Source: an uncultured Armatimonadetes bacterium
GTDB lineage: Bacteria > Armatimonadota > UBA5829 > DTJY01
Direction of reading: 5' to 3'
Length of the DNA stretch: 64,000 nucleotides
Assembly (NCBI GenBank): GCA_963717145.1
Contig: OY970325.1
Coordinates: 1,152,001-1,216,000, forward strand
Position 1 is the first letter of the stretch; each line of letters begins with the position of its first letter. The translations under genes and the position numbers were made by a program. The notes under the pieces were generated by a model, which was not told the origin of the DNA, ran no database searches, and saw nothing but the letters and a program-made list of their open reading frames with translations. Below, piece after piece: positions 27,213 to 37,072 of the stretch.

Positions 27213-28208
27213 GGGCTCGGCGAGTAGCTTCTTGAGACGATCGATGTTCAGCGGGGCGGCACCGTCGTCCGGCACCTCCTTGAGGATCTCCTCCCACTGA
27301 GCCAGGGATTCCTCGATCTTCCCCAGCTTCTCGAGCGCATTGGCGTACTTCCGTCGGACGAGATGGTCGCCTCCGAGTTCGATCGACTTCCGCAGAGGTT
27401 CCAGTGCAAGGTCGTACCGCTTCGTGATCCAATAGTGTTCACCGAGCGCGCCGAAGGTTTCCGGGTCCTCGGGCATCGCCTCGATCCCCCGGTTGAGCGT
27501 CCGTATCGCGGCGGCGTCATCCCCCATGCTCCACTGGAGCCACGCGATCAGGGAGTAGCCCTCGACGTAAGTCGGATCGAAGAAGATGGCAGTTTCGTGG
27601 CATCGGATGGTCTGATTGTAATCGCCCCTATGCCACCAGCGGTCCCCCTCGGTGATGTACATGTCGCAGAGCGCCCCCCAGAGGTCCTCCGGCTTCGGGG
27701 ACGATGACGGGGGACTAGCTTTCATGGCGGCAAAGGGCGTCTTTAGAGCATCGCGAACAACACCTGTGATGAACTCATTCTGCCCCCGCTGATTTCGCTT
27801 CAAGACCGCTTTGGCCCGCGGTGAGTCCATGCACCACAGGGCATAGACGGCATAGTACCGCAGCCAGCCCGGGTTGGCGACGAGGACCGCCTCACAGACG
27901 TGGACACCCTTCTCGCTGCCGAGGAAGCCGAGCCCGAGCCCTGCACTCACTCGTACACCCCGCTCGGGATCTTTCAGCAACGTGAGGAGCGCTCCTGCTG
28001 AGTCGTGCTTTCCAATCATCCCGAGGAGGAAGGCCGATCGAGCGCGTTCAGAGGCATCCGCCGATCTCAGCAGCGGTTCGAGCGTTGGCCTGTAGCTCGA
28101 ATTGCCATACAGAGGGCGGTCCGGGGTCCATGATGCACGGGGCTGGGCCGCGTGACTCAGGCCCGAGATCGCGACCACAAGCACCAGAGTGACGAAAAGT
28201 CTGTTCAT
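27210..28208 (-). CDS. Secreted HEAT-repeat plus TPR protein
   Basis: Signal peptide; LLKDPERGVRVSAGLGLG HEAT repeats; C-terminal TPR-like helices. Confidence 0.75.
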   Translation of the reverse strand: MNRLFVTLVLVVAISGLSHAAQPRASWTPDRPLYGNSSYRPTLEPLLRSADASERARSAFLLGMIGKHDSAGALLTLLKDPERGVRVSAGLGLGFLGSEKGVHVCEAVLVANPGWLRYYAVYALWCMDSPRAKAVLKRNQRGQNEFITGVVRDALKTPFAAMKASPPSSSPKPEDLWGALCDMYITEGDRWWHRGDYNQTIRCHETAIFFDPTYVEGYSLIAWLQWSMGDDAAAIRTLNRGIEAMPEDPETFGALGEHYWITKRYDLALEPLRKSIELGGDHLVRRKYANALEKLGKIEESLAQWEEILKEVPDDGAAPLNIDRLKKLLAEP

Positions 28209-28247
28209 GACTGTTCGTTCGACACACAGTCGGAATGTCCCTGCGAC

Positions 28248-28272
28248 GGGGGGCGTAGAAGCCCTCCCCTAC
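28248..28272 (-). repeat. Single GTAG-type REP supplying a TAG stop
   Basis: Minus strand gtaggggagggcttctacgcccccc; its TAG is the stop of 28269-30383. Confidence 0.65.
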
Positions 28273-30383
28273 GGCCACGCGGGATCGAGCGGGAGTGTAC
28301 TGTCCGCCTGCAGGCTCAGTTCGACGGCAACAGTCGTCCCTTCGGAGCCTGTGGCGAGATAGACCCTGTCCGCAGCAGCGATCATCATTTTGTAACCGAG
28401 GCCACCGGTTCCCGCCGTCGTGAACCCGAGGGTAAGCGCAACATCAGGGAGGTTCAGAGCGTCGATGCCCGATCCGCTGTCCTCGACTCGGATGATCAGG
28501 CTTCCGTCCGACCTGTGAAGGCTGACCGTACCCGCGTCCGCGTGCTTTATGGCATTGCTGGCTGCTTCCCCGACGCAGGTGAGAAGCCGATGGACACCGG
28601 ATGAGTCCATCCCGGCGGATTCGGCAATCTCTGCGGCTTCTGCGCGAATATGACGCAACTGGTTGGCGGCAGTCAGATTCCACTGAACGTCAGACCGGCC
28701 GGCGATTCGGTCGATCTCGTCGGACTCTGTGATGACGAGCTTGCCACCGGTCGCCGCGAGGATCGTGCGGCGGTAGAAGTCCAGCTTGTGCGCCTCAAGC
28801 TCTACCTGGCGCTCCATCTGCTCGACCCTATTGCGGTCCGTGACGTCTCGGGCGGCAGCGAACACGCCGATCACGTCGCCTGACCTGTCCCTGTACACGG
28901 TTGCGTTGTAGAGCACCTCGATGACTCTGCCGGAGGGATGACGAATGGCAAGATGGTAATCCCTCACAAAGCCATTTGAGAACGCCTGCTCGTAGCCCGC
29001 GCGCGCCTTGTCCGGCTCAGTGAAGTACGTGGAGAAATCGCTCCCGATGAGCTTGTCGCGCCGGATACCCGTTGCGTCCTCAGTGGCCCTGTTGACATCG
29101 GTGATCCTGCCGTCTTGACCGATGGTGACCAACGGGTCCAAGCTAACCTCGATAAGCTCTCGCACATATGCGGATATAGCGTGAGCTTCTTCGGCGTGCT
29201 TGCGAGCAGCGATGTCATGCGCCGTCACCAGTACCCGCCGCTCACCCCCAAAGGTCACGCCGACTGCGCACGCCTCGACGTACACCGTCTCGCCATCCAG
29301 CCGGATGAGTCTCTCCTCGATTCTCGGAGCACAGCTTGATTGATCTATCAGCCCTGCCATCCGCTGCTTGACCAACTCCCTGTCATCGGGATGCACGAGG
29401 TCCGTGACAGACTCACCGATGAACTCGTCAGGGCAGCTCCCGCCGAGCATTCTCGCGCCGGCGCTGTTTATCAACTCGATGCGGCCGGCCTTCTGCAGAA
29501 TCATGAGATCCGGAGTCAGTTCAAATAGCGTCCGGTAGCGGTCCTCGCTCTCATGCAGTGCCTTCTCCAGAGGTATCCGCCAGGACTCGCGAGAGAGGCT
29601 GAGGATCGCGAAGAGCATATAGAGCCCCCCGAGGTACTGGCCGGACCGTCCGAGCCAACTCATTGGGGAACCCGGGCTGCTTTCCAGGGCCAGCGCCAGC
29701 ACACCCAGGCCCACCAGAGCCAGTCCCAAGGGGTACCATCTGTAGAAGCAGACGGGAGACCTGCGATAGAGCAGTCGCAGGCACACGGCAGCCAGCAGGA
29801 ACTCAGCCACCGCGCTCCAGAGAACAACTTGCCGCAAAAACGTTCTGCCCTTCGCGACTACGAAGAAATCAGGGATCATCCTCTCGTACGCGCCCCACAC
29901 CACCACGCCGATGAGGATCAGCGCGCCCAGATAGGACAGGGCCAGGTCGCGCGCACGTCCGGTTGACGCCGTTTCTCGAGGTCTCTGCACGGTCGCCGAC
30001 ACGGCACTGAGCAGGAAGAAGAGACCGGCCAGAAGCACCCCGGAGTTGTGTACGGTGGTAGCCGTGGACAGATCGTGAATGAGCGGTCCGGCCAGCAGAT
30101 ACGTGACCCCGAAGATCAGCGCTCCAGTGCCGAGAAGGAGTACGGACCGCGACCCATCCAGAAGGTACGTCCGGCCCGCAAGGTAGACAATCAGCAGCGA
30201 CACGGCCCCGCAGAAGAGGGTGTTCAACTCAGTCAACAGCACCGGCGACTCGAAGATCGACTCGGAACTCGACCTGTACACCACCGCAGTGGCGACGAGA
30301 AACAGTGGAATGGAGAGCCAAGCAAGACGCTCCGGCCAGGTAGTCCGCCTCCCATCGCCGCTGTCCCCTATGCACGTATCCAT
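28269..30383 (-). CDS. Membrane sensor: multi-TM domain, 2 PAS domains and RsbW/RsbT-like HATPase_c (no HisKA)
   Basis: About 8 TM helices; two PAS/PAC domains; EAASNAIKHA, VEDSGSGI and GGLGY ATPase boxes; no H-box seen. Confidence 0.8.
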   Translation of the reverse strand: MDTCIGDSGDGRRTTWPERLAWLSIPLFLVATAVVYRSSSESIFESPVLLTELNTLFCGAVSLLIVYLAGRTYLLDGSRSVLLLGTGALIFGVTYLLAGPLIHDLSTATTVHNSGVLLAGLFFLLSAVSATVQRPRETASTGRARDLALSYLGALILIGVVVWGAYERMIPDFFVVAKGRTFLRQVVLWSAVAEFLLAAVCLRLLYRRSPVCFYRWYPLGLALVGLGVLALALESSPGSPMSWLGRSGQYLGGLYMLFAILSLSRESWRIPLEKALHESEDRYRTLFELTPDLMILQKAGRIELINSAGARMLGGSCPDEFIGESVTDLVHPDDRELVKQRMAGLIDQSSCAPRIEERLIRLDGETVYVEACAVGVTFGGERRVLVTAHDIAARKHAEEAHAISAYVRELIEVSLDPLVTIGQDGRITDVNRATEDATGIRRDKLIGSDFSTYFTEPDKARAGYEQAFSNGFVRDYHLAIRHPSGRVIEVLYNATVYRDRSGDVIGVFAAARDVTDRNRVEQMERQVELEAHKLDFYRRTILAATGGKLVITESDEIDRIAGRSDVQWNLTAANQLRHIRAEAAEIAESAGMDSSGVHRLLTCVGEAASNAIKHADAGTVSLHRSDGSLIIRVEDSGSGIDALNLPDVALTLGFTTAGTGGLGYKMMIAAADRVYLATGSEGTTVAVELSLQADSTLPLDPAWP

Positions 30384-30475
30384 GGCACCCAGTACCTCCG
30401 CGAATGAGTACGCGAACGACTCTTATGGTAATACCCAGGAGAGGCGAAATCCAAGCCCGGTTGCAGCAACACCGA

Positions 30476-31615
30476 TCACTTCCCTGACGCAGAGTGACTC
30501 TTGAGCTGTCCGCAGGCCGCGGAGATCGAATGACCTCGCTCCATGCGCTGGGTGACGGTGACTCCCTCCTGCTCGAGAGTCTCCCTGAATGCGCGGACTG
30601 TCGCGGGCGAGGGGCGCTTCATCCCGAGGCCTTCGACTGCATTGTATGGGATGAGGTTGACGTTCGCCACCGCGCCCTTCAAGAGCCCGACAACTTCACG
30701 AGCGTGTTGCACCTGGTCGTTCAGATCCCGAATGAGCAGGTACTCGAACGTGACACGCCGGCCCGTGGATTCGGCGTACTTCCGGCAAGCCGCCATCAGC
30801 CCCTTGAGCGGATACTTCTGGGAGATCGGGATGAGCTTGCGTCGGAGTTCGTCGCTCGGCGCATGGAGTGAGACCGCCAGCGTGACTTGGAGGTTCTCGG
30901 TCGCCAGACGCTCGATCCGCGGAGTGATCCCGACCGTCGAGATGGTGATGTGCCGCATACCGATCCCGACCTCGTCGTTCAGCAGATGAACGCTCTTGAC
31001 CACGTTCTCGTAGTTGAGGAGCGGTTCGCCCATTCCCATGTAGACGACGTGGGTGATCCGGCGCGAGCCTCGCTCCTGGAGGGTCAGCACCTCGTCAACA
31101 ATCTCCCCAGCGGAGAGGTCCCGCTCAAAGCTACCACCCGACCGTTGGGGATGGAGTTGGACTCCATCCCCTTCACTGTGGCGGGGGATGTAGTCCAACT
31201 CCATCCCCGACGGTCCGGTGGTAGCCTCCAACGGTCGGGGGGAACCCGTCGCACAGAAGGCGCATCCGACTGCGCATCCGACCTGCGTCGAAACACAGAG
31301 CGACGTGCGATCCTCATACGGCAGGAAGACACTCTCGATCGTCAATTCATCCGCCATCTCGAGGAGGTACTTCGTCGTGCCGTCGGACGACTTCGATTCC
31401 TGCAGTATCTTCGCCCGATAGAGCACCGCTGATTCGCTCAGCTTGGCTCGAAACTCCTTCGGGAGGTCGGACATTTCCTCGATATCGCGTGCCGAGCGCC
31501 GGTATACCCATCGCGCGATCTGGCGTCCCCGAAAAGCGGGCGCGCCGAGGCTCTGCGCGAGCGATTCCAGCTCGGCTGTGTTCATTCCCAAGAGGTGTGA
31601 TCTCTGTGTAGTCAT
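30476..31615 (-). CDS. rlmN: 23S rRNA A2503/tRNA A37 C2-methyltransferase RlmN, with ~35-aa palindrome-derived insert
   Basis: DGTTKYL, CVSTQVGCAVGCAFCATG, MGMGEPLLN, SLHAP, VNLIPYN and AACGQL. Confidence 0.93.
   Translation of the reverse strand: MTTQRSHLLGMNTAELESLAQSLGAPAFRGRQIARWVYRRSARDIEEMSDLPKEFRAKLSESAVLYRAKILQESKSSDGTTKYLLEMADELTIESVFLPYEDRTSLCVSTQVGCAVGCAFCATGSPRPLEATTGPSGMELDYIPRHSEGDGVQLHPQRSGGSFERDLSAGEIVDEVLTLQERGSRRITHVVYMGMGEPLLNYENVVKSVHLLNDEVGIGMRHITISTVGITPRIERLATENLQVTLAVSLHAPSDELRRKLIPISQKYPLKGLMAACRKYAESTGRRVTFEYLLIRDLNDQVQHAREVVGLLKGAVANVNLIPYNAVEGLGMKRPSPATVRAFRETLEQEGVTVTQRMERGHSISAACGQLKSHSASGK
31130..31225. repeat. Inverted repeat inside rlmN
   Basis: 42-bp arms with 3 mismatches, each containing the internal palindrome ggggatggagttggactccatcccc; related to intergenic 55253-55353. 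Confidence 0.9.
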
Positions 31616-31622
31616 CCCGACG

Positions 31623-31651
31623 AGTCTAGCAACCTCCACGCGCTGTGTCAA
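31623..31651 (-). promoter_or_regulatory. rlmN promoter, probably leaderless
   Basis: TTGACA-N17-TAGACT with extended -10 TG; 7 nt before the ATG. Confidence 0.7.
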
Positions 31652-31745
31652 TGCGGGGAGGGGAACGGCGGAGTGACGGAGTAATGGAATGGTGGACGGA
31701 CGGTCAGATGATCCAATCCATCCCAGGAGTCTCAGGTTGTCGTAC

Positions 31746-32792
31746 ATGTTCGCATTCATCTCGCTCGTCCTGATGGCGCTCATTACCAGCATATCGCAGG
31801 CCGAGGAAGTACCCGCCAAGCTCAATCCGCCCGTGACCGACGGGATATGGATTCGCCCGTCAAAGGAGCTGCCCGCCCAGCCGGTGATCGGCTTCAAGGA
31901 CGGCATTCGAATCGCTCTCTGGCCCGCTTACGACGGTCCGCGCGGTGTGATCCGCATCCTCGCGCCCTATGTCTGCCCGGGGGACTACCCGAAGGTCAAC
32001 TTCATCGCGGTCGAACCGATCGTCGGCGACTGGAGGGGTCTCTCGGAGATCGAGCACTCCAAGCTCGACGAACGGCGCGGAATGCGGATGTGGTTCTCGG
32101 ACTTGTCGGACGCGTCGGACAAGTCAGACCTCCCTTGGAATCCCACCCGCGGGAAGACCGGGAAGATCCGCGTGGACGGCAAGTCCGTCGAGACGCTCAG
32201 TATCTTCCTGAATATCGAGAAGTTCGACAATGGCGCGCATCCCGTGATCAAGATCACATTTCGCGCCGACCGCCCGAACGAGATCGGCTTCAAGACGTTC
32301 GCCGCGAAGGACAGTGCTGCGATGCAGTCGTGCGTCCTGACCGCGACGATGGGCAACTTCTCGCGGTGCCGGCTTCTCTGGCTCAAAGACGAGGTGCTCG
32401 ACGCGCGGACCATCTGGCCGAACTGCAAGGAGTGGGATTTCGTCTGGACCCCGGATATCCCCGGCGAGCGCATCAGGAGGGACAAGGACGGCACTCTGAC
32501 GGTCGCCATCACCCCGAACGAGACCTCGCTGGAGTCCGACAGGATCCCGGAGCCGTTCTGGCAGTTCCACGGGAAGGTGGCCACCCAGTACTGGCGGAAG
32601 TATCCGAGCAAGGAGTCGCCGAAAAACCTGCGGGTGCGGGTCAACGGACGGGCATTCTACTACGGCCGCCCCACCCCGATCCCCGGAGGCGTTTCCTTCG
32701 AGAACTTCGAGCTGATCGAGGACTTCCAGCCGGGCGAGGAATCGTGGTTCGGCGTCACCCTGAAAACGCCTTATCAGATGGGATGGAAATAG
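31746..32792 (+). CDS. Secreted hypothetical protein
   Basis: Signal peptide ending in ISQA; strong codon bias; no family recognised. Confidence 0.75.
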   Translation: MFAFISLVLMALITSISQAEEVPAKLNPPVTDGIWIRPSKELPAQPVIGFKDGIRIALWPAYDGPRGVIRILAPYVCPGDYPKVNFIAVEPIVGDWRGLSEIEHSKLDERRGMRMWFSDLSDASDKSDLPWNPTRGKTGKIRVDGKSVETLSIFLNIEKFDNGAHPVIKITFRADRPNEIGFKTFAAKDSAAMQSCVLTATMGNFSRCRLLWLKDEVLDARTIWPNCKEWDFVWTPDIPGERIRRDKDGTLTVAITPNETSLESDRIPEPFWQFHGKVATQYWRKYPSKESPKNLRVRVNGRAFYYGRPTPIPGGVSFENFELIEDFQPGEESWFGVTLKTPYQMGWK

Positions 32793-32813
32793 CCAACACC
32801 GAACACCCAACAC

Positions 32814-33821
32814 CTAACCCCTCATCCGCCACGCCTCATCGAGCATCGCGAGGTAGTACCCCACCGGCACGAACGGCGCGATCGAGTTCCCGGACCCGAG
32901 GCAGTATCCCCCACCCCAGCCGCACTCGGTTATGAGCATGCGGGTGTACTCGCGGACCTCCGACTCAGTGCTGCGGCAGAGACGGTCGACGTCGAAGCCG
33001 CCGAGGATCGCGATCCGGTCGCCGTAGAGGCGCTTGGCTTCGGTTACCGGGAGGATGGCATCCTCATACGAGTGCTTGGCGTCGATGCGCACATCCTCGA
33101 TGATGTCCTCCATGATCTCACTGAGGTTCCCGCAGCAGTGGAGGATCACCGGCTTCCCGGCGGCGTGACCGATCTCCGCCAGGCGCTTGTGCCACGGGAG
33201 GACGTACTTCCGGAGGTCATCCGGTCCGATCATCGTCTGCGTCTTGAAGCCGAGGTCGTCGCTGATGGTGATCGCGCCGACCTCCGGGATCGCGGCCATC
33301 GCGCGGTACATCGCCTCAAAGAGCACGCCGAGCCGGTCGAACAGCGCCTGCACGAGGTCCGGGTCGTCGGCGAGCATGAGACAAAGCTGCTCGTAGCCCA
33401 CCAGGCACTCCGCCTTCTCGAAGATGCCGCCGGTCTGCCCGACCATCTTCATGCCCGCAGGAAGGATCGGCGCAGTCGCCTCGAACTCCCCGATGCTAAC
33501 CGAATCCGGCGACGGCCAGGGGTACGCCTCGAACGTCTTCCGGTCCGTGATCGGGTAGCCGGTCGTTCGGTCGATCAGGCTTCCACCGGGGAGGTCGATC
33601 CAGACCCACGTCGGGACGTAGTCGTATCCCGCGCGGTGGTAGAACTCGACGACATCGTTCCGCGTCTCGATCTTCCTCCCAAGACACGGCTCCATGACCT
33701 CCGCGTTGGCGAACAGCTCGTAGAACGGCACGTACTCCGGCACCCCGTCTCTCACGAGCGCCTTCCGAAGCTGCTCGAAATCCGGGCGTGGCTTGATTGA
33801 TGTCTCAGCAAGTGTCATCAT
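32814..33821 (-). CDS. Uroporphyrinogen decarboxylase (URO-D/MtaA-like) family protein
   Basis: SDDLGFK, ILHCCG, IAILGGFDV and GGYCLGSGNS. Confidence 0.85.
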   Translation of the reverse strand: MMTLAETSIKPRPDFEQLRKALVRDGVPEYVPFYELFANAEVMEPCLGRKIETRNDVVEFYHRAGYDYVPTWVWIDLPGGSLIDRTTGYPITDRKTFEAYPWPSPDSVSIGEFEATAPILPAGMKMVGQTGGIFEKAECLVGYEQLCLMLADDPDLVQALFDRLGVLFEAMYRAMAAIPEVGAITISDDLGFKTQTMIGPDDLRKYVLPWHKRLAEIGHAAGKPVILHCCGNLSEIMEDIIEDVRIDAKHSYEDAILPVTEAKRLYGDRIAILGGFDVDRLCRSTESEVREYTRMLITECGWGGGYCLGSGNSIAPFVPVGYYLAMLDEAWRMRG

Positions 33822-33848
33822 CAGTATGCGGTACCTCTTAGTGTTCAG

Positions 33849-33870
33849 GCGGCACAAGGCGCGCCCCTAC
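33849..33870 (-). repeat. Single GTAG-type REP supplying a TAG stop
   Basis: Minus strand gtaggggcgcgccttgtgccgc, nearly identical to the cysNC insert arm; its TAG is the stop of 33867-35855. Confidence 0.8.
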
Positions 33871-35855
33871 AGGCGAAGGACTGTCCCGCCGCCTGACGGA
33901 AGCTTGACGGACGCTCCGATCTCCGACTTGGTGAGCATATCGACCGTGCCCTTCGCGGTCCATGGGATCACGGCCTCATGCTTCACGTCCTTATTCGCCA
34001 GGATCACGTACTTCGCGCCCTTCGGATCGACGAATCCCTTCGCGAGCACCTGCTCGGGAACGATCGGAAGCGTGAACTCCGCCGGCTTCAGCTTGAGGAG
34101 GAGCGGTGCGAGCTTCGTAACCTGCTCATTGACGCGACCGACCTCATCGAGCCGGCCGTCCATCGGCTTCAAGTCCATATCCACCAGGCCTTGAAGCCAC
34201 TCGCCCTGGAATCCCGTCGTCGACTGATAGATGAAGTAGATGATCCCCTTCGCCCCATGCGCCAACGCGAGCCAGACCTGCGCGCGAATCTCCTCCGGCG
34301 TCGGAATCTTCCATTGGTTGTTCGGCTTGCCGAACGCTTGCATGATCACCCACAGCGGTCGGTCACCCTGATTTCGCATGCCGCGCTCGAGTTCGCTGAT
34401 GTAGCCGTTCCAATCGCCCGACCACGTCGGGTGAAGCGGGTAGATGTCAATCATCAGCACCTGGTAGTCGACCGTCTTGAGCAGATCCTCATAGCCGCCG
34501 AGGAGACATGAGAAGCCGGGGTGCTTCGGATCGACCGTCTCGAGCGCCTGCCTCGCGAGCTTGATCCTGCGCGCGACCTCCGGGGCGTTGTTCGGCTCGT
34601 CGATCATGTAGTAGCCGATCGTCGCCGGATGGCCCTTGACCTCCCTGACCGCATTCTCCGCGACCTCGAAGACGTTCTGCTTCTCGCCCGCCTCTCCGCT
34701 CGAAATGAGCGTGTTGATCTCGTCGAGCTGGAGGATGACCTTCATGTCATGCTTCTGCGCCGTATCGAGGAGCAGCTTTCGATGATCGTGCGGCGTCCAG
34801 ATGCCGAATACCATGTTGAAGCCGTGGTCCGCCAGGTCCTTGACCGCGGCCTCATAGTACTCCCGCGCCTTCACCATGTCGTCCACATGGCGATTGATAT
34901 AGGACGCGTCGTCCTCCCAGAAGAACCACGTGCTGAGCGGGAAGAAGTCGTTGTACATGGGTGGCGCTTCCTTCCACTTCCAGCGGCGGTCGACGGTGAT
35001 CTTCGCCATCAACTGCCGGTTGTCCGCGCGCATGGTGATCGTGTGCTCGCCATCCTCCGCGCCCTCGCCGTCCCAGGTGACGGTGTACTCCCCTGCCGCG
35101 ACCTTCGCGTCGACCAGTTTGGCGACGACATCACCAACCCTGTCCGCGACAGTGAGCGTAACCTTCGAGTCGGACTCTACGCCATATGTGATCGTCAATG
35201 TGTCGAGCAGGCCGTCGTCGTTCGGGGAGATGATCGGGCCGGAAGTGGCGAGGCGGTCGATCATCGTGCGGAACGTCCGGAAGTTGCCGATCGTGCAGGG
35301 AGGCGCGTCGTTCCAGGGATCGTCCCATCCGATCCGCTTGGCGGTGTTGGCGAGGCCGCCCTTGTACTCGTTTCGATCCACGATCTTGCCGTCGATCTCC
35401 AGCCTCATGCCACCTGGTCCGTAAACCAGCGTCACGTGATGCTGCGCGCTCCAGTCGATATCCTTCGCGATGCACCAGTTGTGCGCCGAGCCATCAAAGA
35501 TGCCGAACTCGAAGTCCGCCGGCTTATCGCGCCAGTGGACGTTGATCGCGCCAACGTGCGAGCCGCCCGCCCCGATGTCGGAGAGGATGCACCAGATCGG
35601 TCGCTCGACATCGAGCAGCTTCGTGAGCTTGACGTCGAACTCGATCCGTCCGGCTGCACCAGCAAAGAGTTCCGCCGGATACTCGATCGTGTCCCCCGGC
35701 GCATCGAGCACGGCCTTCCCGTCCTCGAACGTCACCCCCGATGCCTTCCCGAGCGTCTTCCCCTCAAAGGAATCCTCGAAGAGCAGCGCATCAGCGCTGT
35801 GACCCGCCACCGCACATACTACCAGACACGCAATCATGGCTCGTCTAATGAACAC
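33867..35855 (-). CDS. Secreted modular protein: LamG-like, FlgD-Ig-like and glycoside hydrolase-like TIM barrel domains
   Basis: Signal peptide; HHVTLVY...LEIDGK; ISPNDDG...VTWDG; YMIDEP, DIYP and LAHGAKGIIYF. Confidence 0.7.
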   Translation of the reverse strand: MFIRRAMIACLVVCAVAGHSADALLFEDSFEGKTLGKASGVTFEDGKAVLDAPGDTIEYPAELFAGAAGRIEFDVKLTKLLDVERPIWCILSDIGAGGSHVGAINVHWRDKPADFEFGIFDGSAHNWCIAKDIDWSAQHHVTLVYGPGGMRLEIDGKIVDRNEYKGGLANTAKRIGWDDPWNDAPPCTIGNFRTFRTMIDRLATSGPIISPNDDGLLDTLTITYGVESDSKVTLTVADRVGDVVAKLVDAKVAAGEYTVTWDGEGAEDGEHTITMRADNRQLMAKITVDRRWKWKEAPPMYNDFFPLSTWFFWEDDASYINRHVDDMVKAREYYEAAVKDLADHGFNMVFGIWTPHDHRKLLLDTAQKHDMKVILQLDEINTLISSGEAGEKQNVFEVAENAVREVKGHPATIGYYMIDEPNNAPEVARRIKLARQALETVDPKHPGFSCLLGGYEDLLKTVDYQVLMIDIYPLHPTWSGDWNGYISELERGMRNQGDRPLWVIMQAFGKPNNQWKIPTPEEIRAQVWLALAHGAKGIIYFIYQSTTGFQGEWLQGLVDMDLKPMDGRLDEVGRVNEQVTKLAPLLLKLKPAEFTLPIVPEQVLAKGFVDPKGAKYVILANKDVKHEAVIPWTAKGTVDMLTKSEIGASVKLPSGGGTVLRL

Positions 35856-35879
35856 CTATCGCTCCTTGCCGAACATTCG

Positions 35880-35979
35880 GTCAACGGATTTCAAACGGAT
35901 AAACGGATGGGCTCGTATACACAAGGAAGCTCCTGGAAAACCACCCACCTATCCGTTTATCCGTTCTTTATCCGTTGAC
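35880..35979. repeat. Inverted tandem (AACGGAT)n element
   Basis: gtcaacggatttcaaacggataaacggat ... atccgtttatccgttctttatccgttgac. Confidence 0.8.
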
Positions 35980-35980
35980 A

Positions 35981-37036
35981 TCACGTCCCTATGTTATCCT
36001 TCACCACGTGCCCGGCCTTCTTGTCGTACTTCATCGCCTTCTCGGCGTGATGGCGGAAGATGTTGTCCTTCACGATCCAGTCCCGGCAGCCCTTGTCGAG
36101 CACGATGCCGATCGTGTGCTTCACCGAGTTCGAGTCCCAACTGAAGATCTGGTTCTGGCAGAACGTCGTATCGACCGCATCGTACGCGATCACCGCCGGG
36201 AACTTGCCGCTATTGTTCTCGGAGTTCGTGTGGATCGTGTTGCCGGTGATGATGTTGAGCATGTTCGCATCGCCGCCCTTGGGGTCGCCGATCACGATGC
36301 CGCTCTCGTAGCTCTGTTCGAGGCGGTTGTTCTCGATGCGGTTGAAATGCGCGCCGGGGCCGAGTCGCAGCGCGACCGTGTTCCCCCAGTGGTAGTTCAG
36401 CGTGTACGATCCCGCCGAGGAGTGATCGAGCAGGCATCCCGAGCGAGGCGTCCTGCCCGGCCCGCTGCCGAACTGGTTGCCGGTGATGTAGAAATCGTTG
36501 TTCGCGCGGCTGTAGAGCTGATCGCCGAGGTTGTTCGTCAGCCAGCAGTTGCTCACCGTGTTCGAGGAGAACGGCGTCTTCACATCGCCCTCGAACCGGA
36601 TGCCGCTTTCCGGGAACATGTCGATGTGGCAGAGGTCGATCACGTTGATCCCCGCCCACTCGCCCTTTCGGAAGACGATGCCCGAGCCCTTCGTCGCCTT
36701 CGGGTCGCCGGTGATGTCGAGGTTCCGCACCCAGCACATCCAGCACGAGCCCTCGAATGCGATCGCGTCGCCGTCGCCCTGCTTGACGATCTTCGTGTTC
36801 CAGCCGCTCCCGATGAGGCAGACGCGGCTCTTTTGCTTGATGACGATCGTGTCCTTTATGGCATAAGTCCCTGGGAGCAGAGTGATCGTCGTATCGCCCA
36901 ACGGCGGGATCTTCGCGATCGCCGCGAGGAGGGACTCGGTGTCCGATACTTGGAAGTGTGCGGGTTTCGCGGATTCATCTTCCGCGAAACATGCAGATAT
37001 CGCCGCGATACAGAGCAGAACCACGAGTTTCAGCAT
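35981..37036 (-). CDS. Secreted right-handed beta-helix protein (pectin lyase-like fold)
   Basis: Signal peptide; LLPGTY, LIGSGWNTKI and repeated N-x-I-x-x-N rungs. Confidence 0.8.
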   Translation of the reverse strand: MLKLVVLLCIAAISACFAEDESAKPAHFQVSDTESLLAAIAKIPPLGDTTITLLPGTYAIKDTIVIKQKSRVCLIGSGWNTKIVKQGDGDAIAFEGSCWMCWVRNLDITGDPKATKGSGIVFRKGEWAGINVIDLCHIDMFPESGIRFEGDVKTPFSSNTVSNCWLTNNLGDQLYSRANNDFYITGNQFGSGPGRTPRSGCLLDHSSAGSYTLNYHWGNTVALRLGPGAHFNRIENNRLEQSYESGIVIGDPKGGDANMLNIITGNTIHTNSENNSGKFPAVIAYDAVDTTFCQNQIFSWDSNSVKHTIGIVLDKGCRDWIVKDNIFRHHAEKAMKYDKKAGHVVKDNIGT

Positions 37037-37072
37037 ATCGATCCTCCATTCGATCTACGCATTGTGCCTTTC

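Noticed and set aside
30476-31615. cfr resistance methyltransferase
   Set aside because: The motifs (MGMGEPLLN) and chromosomal context fit housekeeping RlmN.
32814-33821. hemE
   Set aside because: It lacks the N-terminal RQAGR motif and has the HxCG metal motif of the broader URO-D/MtaA-like family.
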